From Promethearchaeota archaeon (lineage in GTDB: Archaea > Asgardarchaeota > Lokiarchaeia > Sigyniarchaeales > SOKP01), in NCBI GenBank assembly GCA_016926735.1, contig JAFGOA010000228.1:1-17601 (forward strand): a stretch of 17,601 bases of DNA, read 5' to 3'. Position numbers and translations under genes: made by a program. Under the pieces are notes generated by a model, which saw nothing but the letters and a program-made list of their open reading frames with translations, had not been told where the DNA came from and did not search any database. Position 1 is the first letter of the stretch; the number at the start of each line of letters is the position of its first letter. Shown piece after piece: positions 9,165-15,767 of this stretch.

Positions 9165-9467
9165 ATGATATTAGCAATGGATACATACATATATGAATGT
9201 ATCGTTACAGATCAAATTGATCAATCAGACTCAGATATAGTTATAGTAACAGTTACACACGCAACGCAATGGCAATTAGGTGATGTGAATCATGATGAAA
9301 CTATTGATATTATTGATACTCTTATGATCGCTCAACGCTATGTTGGACTTGATCCTCAACCATTTTATCCTGAAGAGGCTGATGTGGACGGTAGTGGAGC
9401 TATTGATATTGTTGATGCATTGATGGTTGCTCAGGCATATGTAGGTTTAACTAAGTTACCACCTTAG
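9165..9467 (+). pseudogene. Orphan Ig-tail + dockerin cassette, a paralog of the xylanase 3' end; probably a gene fragment
   Basis: 100 aa with two Ca-binding dockerin repeats, GDVNHDETIDIIDTLMIAQRYVG and ADVDGSGAIDIVDALMVAQAYVG. It begins in the middle of an Ig domain and has no signal peptide. Confidence 0.8.
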
Positions 9468-9530
9468 TAAAAAAGTAACTGAAAAAATTCATAAAATAGC
9501 AAATATAATCTTTTTTTTCTTTTTATATAA
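9170..9530 (+). repeat. Direct repeat of 12102-~12468 (xylanase 3' end and 3' UTR)
   Basis: 9170-9219 is identical to 12102-12151 (50 bp). There are 7 mismatches over 9170-9317, then ~70% identity over the next 129 nt (hand count). Both copies are followed by AAAATAGCAA, a T-run and TATATAAA. Confidence 0.92.
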
Positions 9531-9642
9531 ATATATGTCTATTCCTTTTGGTAAATATTAGAAATCTTATAAGGACGACCATATTTGTTCAATCTTTTAT
9601 AATCTAACTTTTAACCTGTTTTACAAATACTTTTTTCCATTT

Positions 9643-9679
9643 CTACTTCCTCATAGGAGAAGTAGGAAAACTTTAAATA
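9643..9679 (+). promoter_or_regulatory. Candidate archaeal promoter of the xylanase (inverted repeat + BRE + TATA)
   Basis: CTACTTC-N9-GAAGTAG inverted repeat (9643-9665), directly followed by GAAAAC and TTTAAATA (9672-9679). Confidence 0.45.
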
Positions 9680-9739
9680 TTATTCTCTTAGTTACAAATC
9701 ATAATATAACAATTTTTTTCTCAATTTAAAAATAAATAC

Positions 9740-9771
9740 TAAGAAATTAGCCTTAATAGAATAATTTCTTA
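9740..9771. promoter_or_regulatory. Perfect 10-bp inverted repeat upstream of the xylanase start (operator or 5'-UTR hairpin)
   Basis: TAAGAAATTA-N12-TAATTTCTTA. Confidence 0.35.
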
Positions 9772-9804
9772 AGATAAAAATCAAAAATAAAAAAAGTTAT
9801 TAAA

Positions 9805-12405
9805 ATGATGATTAAAAAAAAAAATAATAAGAATTCAATAGCTCTTTCAATACTCATAATTTGCTCCTTATTGATTAGTATATTACCTTTATTTATCACT
9901 AACGTTACTGCTCAAGTAGATTGGAGAACAGAAGCACAGTATAATATTGATACTTATCGTAAAAGTGATTTGACAATTCATGTGTCTAATAGTCAAGGAA
10001 ATCCAATATCAGGAGCAACAGTTCAAGTAGAAATGCAAAAACATCAATTTATTCTTGGTACTGCTATAGCTTTAGACGTTTTTCAAAGTAATCAACAATA
10101 TAGAGATAAAATGTTGGATCTTGATGGCCAAGGACATGGTTTTACAGGAGGAGTAATGGAAAATGCTATGAAATGGCAATACTTTAATGGAGCTGGTTCT
10201 GCTGATGTCATTTCATGGTGTAAGCAAAATGGTATGGAATTTAGAGGACATAATTTAATATGGCCTGCTTTTCAAACGTTACCCAGTGATATTGAATCAA
10301 ATCAAAATAATCCTGATTACGTACGTCAGCGTATGGATGAGCATGTCGCGGAAGCTGCTGGATGGTCTGGAATAAGAGGTGAAGTGAGAGATTGGGATGT
10401 TATTAATGAACCCGTTCATTGTACAGACATTAGAGATATTTTTCAAGGAAGTTCTTCTCAATATCCAACAGGTGAAGAAATCTATCCTGAAATATTCCAA
10501 TGGGCAGCTCAAGCAGACCCTAATGCTAAACTATATTATAATGAATATAACATTGTCAGTGGTGGATATTCAAATACAGGAACTCACAATGAGTATAAAA
10601 AATTGATTCAAGATATAAATAACAGAGGACTTTTAGATGGTATCGGCATTCAAGGTCATATGGGAACCTCTAGGACTTCCCCACAAGATGTTATGAGCAT
10701 ATTAAATGATTTTGCACAATTTGATAAAGAAATGCTAATTAGTGAATATGATTGCGCTGGACTCTCAGGAACTGAAGAATATGATTTTACAAGAGACTTT
10801 TTAACCGTAGTATTTGCTCAACCACTAATGCGATCATTCTATGTATGGGGTTTTTGGGATGGAAGACATTGGTTAGATGATGCTGCCTTCTTTACACAAG
10901 ATTGGAGTTTAAAACCAGCAGGACAGGCTATAATCGATCTTATGTTCAATGAATGGTGGACAGATGTATCTGGTACAACAAATAGTAATGGAGATTATAC
11001 TGTTCCGGATGGTGCGTTTAATGGTGAATATAAAATTACCGTATCTCAAGCTGGTCAGACTATAGAAGAAACATTTAATCTTGCTCAAGATATGACTGTT
11101 AATGTTGTTTTACCCGTTGGTCCAGTAGATCCAGATCCACCTAGTACTCCAACAGGTTTAAGTGCATCCGCTATAAGCTCATCACAAATCAATCTTGATT
11201 GGAATGACAATACTGAATCTGATTTAGCAAATTATAGAGTATATCGTAGTACTAGTGCTACCGGTACATATAGTTATATAGGACAAACAAGTTCCAGCTC
11301 ATATTCAAGTACAGGCTTAAGTTCGGAGAGCACTTATTATTATAGAGTAAGTGCAGTTGATACCAGTGGTAATGAAAGTCCACAGTCAAGTTATGCAGGT
11401 GCCACCACGCTTCCAGGTGGAGGAACAGCTACATTAAAAGCTCAATATAGAAGTGCAAATACTGCAACCACTACACAAGATATAAGAGCTCAAATACAAA
11501 TTCTTAATGATGGATCTGAGAATGTCGCACTAAATGATATAACTGTTAGATATTGGTTTACTTCTGAACCTGCTCTTAATGATCTTACCTATTCATGCGA
11601 TTATGCTGCTGTTGGATCTTCAGGAATTACAAGTTCATTTGGAACAGCTGGTGATTCTGATTATTTAGAAATTGGATTTACATCTTCAGCCACAGTTCCA
11701 ACATGGTTAGGTGGAGATGGTTCCAGCAACTCCCTCCCTATAGGAGCAAATACTGGAGATATTCAAAATAGAATTGGACGAAATTCTAATGTTGATTTTA
11801 TCCAGTCCAATGATCACTCCTTTGATGCTTCTATGTCAGATTATACAGATAATTCCCAGATTACAGTTTATTATCAAAATAATTTAGTATGGGGTGTTGA
11901 ACCCCCAAATGGTCCAATTAATAATCCTCCATCTATAAGTAGCCCAGCAGATATTACATATATTATAGGAGATACTGGATTTTCTATTGATTGGACTGCA
12001 ATTGATGAAGATCCAGCAACATATATAATTACTCGGAATGGTTCTCAAATAGATTCAGGTACATGGAGTCCAAATTTTCCAATTAGTATCAATATTGATG
12101 GATTAGCAATGGATACATACATATATGAATGTATCGTTACAGATCAAATTGGTCAATCAAATTCAGATTTAGTTGTAGTAACAGTTACACACGCAGCGCA
12201 ATGGCAATTAGGTGATGTAAATCATGATGAAACTATTGATATTATTGATGCACTTTTAGTAGCTCAATATTATGTTGGTGAAGATCCTCAACCATTTTAT
12301 TCTGAACAAGCTGATGTGAATGAAGATGGTGCAATTAATATAGTTGATGCACTTTTAATTTCTCAATATTATGTTGGACAAATTCCATCATTACCACCAT
12401 CTTGA
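9805..12405 (+). CDS. Secreted modular endo-1,4-beta-xylanase: GH10 + FN3 + CBM3 + Ig-like + dockerin
   Basis: Signal peptide (KKKNNK + hydrophobic stretch + VTA|Q). GH10 motifs ENAMKW, RGHNLIWP, WDVINEP (acid/base Glu), LYYNEYN, GIGIQGH, ISEYD (nucleophile Glu) and WGFWD. FN3 (PPSTPTGLSA...YYYRVSAVDTSGNES, ~11137-11410). CBM3 (LKAQY...QILNDG...ITVRYWFT...YLEIGF...LVWGVEP, ~11431-11905). Ig-like (~11921-12190). Dockerin (GDVNHDETIDIIDALLVAQYYVG / ADVNEDGAINIVDALLISQYYVG, ~12208-12400). Confidence 0.95.
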   Translation: MMIKKKNNKNSIALSILIICSLLISILPLFITNVTAQVDWRTEAQYNIDTYRKSDLTIHVSNSQGNPISGATVQVEMQKHQFILGTAIALDVFQSNQQYRDKMLDLDGQGHGFTGGVMENAMKWQYFNGAGSADVISWCKQNGMEFRGHNLIWPAFQTLPSDIESNQNNPDYVRQRMDEHVAEAAGWSGIRGEVRDWDVINEPVHCTDIRDIFQGSSSQYPTGEEIYPEIFQWAAQADPNAKLYYNEYNIVSGGYSNTGTHNEYKKLIQDINNRGLLDGIGIQGHMGTSRTSPQDVMSILNDFAQFDKEMLISEYDCAGLSGTEEYDFTRDFLTVVFAQPLMRSFYVWGFWDGRHWLDDAAFFTQDWSLKPAGQAIIDLMFNEWWTDVSGTTNSNGDYTVPDGAFNGEYKITVSQAGQTIEETFNLAQDMTVNVVLPVGPVDPDPPSTPTGLSASAISSSQINLDWNDNTESDLANYRVYRSTSATGTYSYIGQTSSSSYSSTGLSSESTYYYRVSAVDTSGNESPQSSYAGATTLPGGGTATLKAQYRSANTATTTQDIRAQIQILNDGSENVALNDITVRYWFTSEPALNDLTYSCDYAAVGSSGITSSFGTAGDSDYLEIGFTSSATVPTWLGGDGSSNSLPIGANTGDIQNRIGRNSNVDFIQSNDHSFDASMSDYTDNSQITVYYQNNLVWGVEPPNGPINNPPSISSPADITYIIGDTGFSIDWTAIDEDPATYIITRNGSQIDSGTWSPNFPISINIDGLAMDTYIYECIVTDQIGQSNSDLVVVTVTHAAQWQLGDVNHDETIDIIDALLVAQYYVGEDPQPFYSEQADVNEDGAINIVDALLISQYYVGQIPSLPPS

Positions 12406-12440
12406 AACTAAGAATTAAAATAAAATCCAAAAAATAGCAA

Positions 12441-12456
12441 TTTTCTCTTTTTTTTT
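12441..12456 (+). terminator. Oligo-T tract after the xylanase, a likely archaeal intrinsic terminator
   Basis: TTTTCTC followed by a T9 run ~35 nt after the stop. A similar tract follows the orphan dockerin (9511-9524). Confidence 0.4.
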
Positions 12457-12529
12457 ATATTATATAAAATAGAAAAAAAATTTAAATATCAATATAAACC
12501 ATCTAACCATAATTTAGAATTACTATGTA

Positions 12530-12709
12530 TTGGCGTTAAAAATAGTCGGATGTCATGATGTAAAAGTTGGAGATATATTAGAATGTCCCGATTGTGGTTT
12601 ACAATTAGAAGTTAAATCTGAATGCAAAGAATGTGGTACTGAAACTTCATGTGGTTGTGCTGAAGATTGTGATTTCTCATGTTGTGGGACATTATTAGTT
12701 AAAAAATAG
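12530..12709 (+). CDS. Small Cys-rich metal-binding protein (desulforedoxin-like core with a Cys-rich insert)
   Basis: Not in the ORF track. From TTG it reads MALKIVGCHDVKVGDILECPDCGLQLEVKSECKECGTETSCGCAEDCDFSCCGTLLVKK* (59 aa, 10 Cys). Upstream is an A-rich BRE + TTTAAATA (12481-12488) and downstream are T-tracts. The start codon is uncertain. Confidence 0.8.
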   Translation: MALKIVGCHDVKVGDILECPDCGLQLEVKSECKECGTETSCGCAEDCDFSCCGTLLVKK

Positions 12710-12807
12710 GATTTTACCATTTTTTATATTCTTTTTTTTTATGTTTTATTAATTGTTTTAAAGAAGATATTCTATAGTGTTATATCTTAAAATTATCTAA
12801 AAAAATA

Positions 12808-13362
12808 TTAATCTAAACTTATAATAAATCGACAAACATTCCCTCCACTAACTATAGCCTCAAGTAATTTAGCTTTAATAGGTTTGTCTAAGAGTGCACT
12901 AAATAAGCTTGTAATCCATCCCAATGAACAATTGCAGTAGGTCTTCGATATTGGTTCCTTTGATTCTCCTACTCCCATATGACAATAACATTTGTTATAT
13001 ATTGCTTAAATTTTATTATTTTTTAAAGTAAAGAGTTCTGCTCCTAAGGTTTTATTAAGATTTTTTATTATTTCTTCAGTACTTTTCGTATTATTTTTTA
13101 TTTGCTCTACTTTATCAGCGAAAGAGTTATTAAAACATTTTTCTCCCAATGTATTCATAACTTTATGTCTTTTTTCTTTTTCAGGTACTATCTTATCAAA
13201 ATCATCCATAATTCCTTTTATACATTTAGAAATCCCTTCATTATTTGAAAGATTACCACATGATTCACAATTGGATAAAAGATCCTTTTTTATCTTAATT
13301 CCAAGTTGTTGAGTAATGATATCTCCAAAATTCTTTATCCAATTCTCTTTTGAATTATTCAT
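12808..13362 (-). pseudogene. DUF6144/V4R-like Cys-containing protein interrupted by a single in-frame TAA
   Basis: The 118 aa ORF ends at TAA 13006-13008. The same frame continues AIYNKCYCHMGVGESKEPISKTYCNCSLGWITSLFSALLDKPIKAKLLEAIVSGGNVCRFIISLD* to 12808, which supplies the family's CxC, YCxCSxGW and GxxxCxFxI motifs. Confidence 0.85.
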
Positions 13363-13382
13363 TATATTTTTTCAGAATTTTA

Positions 13383-13469
13383 TTATCTATTAATAATTTC
13401 CTGTAATTTTTTAAGTGTTTCTTTCCTCATTCCCGGTTTGTAAGTAATAAATTCTCCATTATAGATAAC
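13383..13469 (-). pseudogene. Possible 3' remnant of a YoaP-domain (GNAT-associated) gene
   Basis: Minus strand reads VIYNGEFITYKPGMRKETLKKLQEIINR*, ending 20 bp before the DUF6144-like start. YNGEFIT resembles the YoaP C-terminus. There is no upstream start codon. Confidence 0.3.
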
Positions 13470-13719
13470 AGTTATTAGATTATTTAAGTCAAGAAAATAA
13501 TGAAAATATTAATTTATGGATCAGACAATGTGTACAAAGATTCTTAGAAAGAGATATTGAAGAAGCTGAGATTTTTGATGAAGAATTCTTTATAAGATAA
13601 TAAATTAAATATTTAAAAAATATATATTTTTTTTCATGGAAATCACAAGTGAAAGATTAATTTCACGTGCAAAATATCATGTCCTGATATATATTAAGAA
13701 AATATAAGAATTTTTAATT

Positions 13720-14277
13720 TTAACTTTTATTCTCATAAATTTTGATGAATTCATGGGGTATATAATCCGCAAGATATATTTCACCTGATTTATAAAATTT
13801 AATACCAGCCCTTTTAGCATTATCAACATCTATAGATAAAATAATTGGATTTCTTGTTCTTCTTTTCCCTATATTTATTGCAGTATCGATATCTCCTGAG
13901 AGATGAACATATTGACGTTTTTTTTTCTTAAGGCCTTCTTTTTTAATTGATAAGTAGGCTTTTTCTGATGTTCCATGGAAGAGTATATTAGGAGGATTTA
14001 AAACTTCAAGTACTTCAATTGTTGCTTCTATACTATGACCATAAATTGCACGTATTTTATTCTCTTTTATTTCAAATCTTCTTTTATCAGATATATCATT
14101 GATATTTTCTATATAATCTCTTGTAATATCTATATTTTTATATTGATTATTTAAAATTGTTAGTATATCTTGAAGATTTGCATAACCCTCTGTATCTAGT
14201 TTAATATCAAATTTCTCAGGATGATGCCTAAGGATATAAGATATTGTTTTAGATATACTTATTTCTGTTTTGTTCAT
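13720..14277 (-). CDS. kptA: RNA 2'-phosphotransferase (Tpt1/KptA family)
   Basis: SKTISYILRH, DKRRFE, IRAIYGHS, LFHGT, RQYVHLS and GKRR motifs; 185 aa. Confidence 0.96.
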   Translation of the reverse strand: MNKTEISISKTISYILRHHPEKFDIKLDTEGYANLQDILTILNNQYKNIDITRDYIENINDISDKRRFEIKENKIRAIYGHSIEATIEVLEVLNPPNILFHGTSEKAYLSIKKEGLKKKKRQYVHLSGDIDTAINIGKRRTRNPIILSIDVDNAKRAGIKFYKSGEIYLADYIPHEFIKIYENKS

Positions 14278-14313
14278 AGATTTAGTTTTTTTTATTGATA
14301 AAAAGTAATAATT

Positions 14314-15585
14314 TTATTCTTTTTTTAATCTTTCTAAAACTTCTTTAGCATAATCTATTCTAATTTTTTTATCCTCTACTAATATTTTAGCTACTTTTTC
14401 TACAAGATGATCTGGAACATCTGCTAATTTAGCAATATTTCGTGAATGTAATTCCATATGACCTTTCTGAATACCTTCAGATGCTAAAGCTCTTAGAGCC
14501 GCAAGATTTTGCGCTAATCCTAAGGCTGCAGTTACTTGACATAATTCTTCTGTATTCTGTGTGTTCAATATTTTGAGTGCTAAACGAGCCATTGGATGAA
14601 TTTTTGTCATACCCCCTATAATTCCTAATGCTAAAGGTAATTCTATCTCCCCAACTAAATCTCCATTATCGTCCTTATAATATTTGGTTAATGGTGAATA
14701 TTGGCCTTTAAGCGAAGCATAAGCATGAGCTCCCGATTCAATTGCTCTTGTATCATTTCCTGTAGCTAATGTTAATGCTATTATACCATTCATTATCCCT
14801 TTATTATGTGTTGCAGCTCTATATGGATCAACCCTTGCAAATTCATAAGCATTGAGAATACCATTAACTACATCTTCTCCACCTAGTAAATCCTTATCAA
14901 AAACAGCTTTAGATTTGGCTAATCGATGAGTAGCTAAATTAGAAACGATTCTAAGATATATTCTTCCTTTTGTAATGTCTTCTATAAATTTACTAACACC
15001 CTCTGCCATAGTGTTTACTACATTTGCTCCCATAGCATCAAGAACATCTACTAATAAATGAACAATAAGCATATCTCCATAATTGGTATTAAATTTTCTT
15101 GTTTCAATATCTACAACACCTCCACCTAATTTAATCAATAATGGATCTTTCTCATTAGCTAAATCTATGATTTTTTGTTTATTTGTTATAATTTCTTTCT
15201 CAGCTTGTTCAATATTTTCTAAATTTGTGATTTGAATTTGAGAAATCATAATTGATTTAACCTTTTCTGATTGGAAACCTCCTTTTTTTCTAGCTATTCT
15301 TGCTGCATTTGACGCTGCTGCAACAACTGAAGGTTCTTCAATAACCATTGGAATAAGATAGTCTTTTCCATTAATTTTGAAATTGCAAGCTATTCCAAAA
15401 GGCAATTGGTAACTACCAATTACATTTTCTATCATAGTATCAAGTTGTCCTGGTTCAAAATATCCAAATTTTTTTAATAATAATAACTCATCATTAGTTA
15501 ATTCCACTCTTTCAGCAATTATTTTTTGTCTTTCTTCAATACTAAGTTTATAAAAACCAGAAATTTTAGAATCTATTTCCTTCAT
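14314..15585 (-). CDS. mvaA: Class II hydroxymethylglutaryl-CoA reductase
   Basis: MIENVIG, PMVIEEPSVVAAAS, DAMGAN, RIVSNL, RAATHNKGIMNG, GNDTRAIE and EGIQKGHMELH; 423 aa. Confidence 0.96.
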   Translation of the reverse strand: MKEIDSKISGFYKLSIEERQKIIAERVELTNDELLLLKKFGYFEPGQLDTMIENVIGSYQLPFGIACNFKINGKDYLIPMVIEEPSVVAAASNAARIARKKGGFQSEKVKSIMISQIQITNLENIEQAEKEIITNKQKIIDLANEKDPLLIKLGGGVVDIETRKFNTNYGDMLIVHLLVDVLDAMGANVVNTMAEGVSKFIEDITKGRIYLRIVSNLATHRLAKSKAVFDKDLLGGEDVVNGILNAYEFARVDPYRAATHNKGIMNGIIALTLATGNDTRAIESGAHAYASLKGQYSPLTKYYKDDNGDLVGEIELPLALGIIGGMTKIHPMARLALKILNTQNTEELCQVTAALGLAQNLAALRALASEGIQKGHMELHSRNIAKLADVPDHLVEKVAKILVEDKKIRIDYAKEVLERLKKE

Positions 15586-15767
15586 TTTTAATGTCTCTAA
15601 ATCTTATAAAAATTAAAAATCTCAATAAATATAAATTGACTTTCTTAATATTAGAAATTTTAAAATTTTAACTATAAATAAAATTTGATAAATCTATCAA
15701 TACAGATACAACAAAGAAAAAAGTAAATAAAAAAGGAAGTTAAATATTTTTTTAATAGAAAATGTAT

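Noticed and set aside
10297-10606. ORFs 10297..10512 (-) and 10397..10606 (+)
   Set aside because: They are nested in the well-supported GH10 gene.
9170-12405. Diversity-generating retroelement (template/variable repeat) reading of the duplicated dockerin
   Set aside because: The mismatches are not confined to adenines of either copy (they include C/T and both A/G and G/A changes), and there is no reverse transcriptase in the window.
13006-13008. Stop-codon recoding (Sec/Pyl) in the DUF6144-like gene
   Set aside because: The codon is TAA, not TGA or TAG, and TAA terminates neighbouring genes normally.
13500-13600. Short plus-strand peptides (MKILIYGSDNVYKDS*, ...RFLERDIEEAEIFDEEFFIR*)
   Set aside because: They may be a remnant but are too short to assign to any family.
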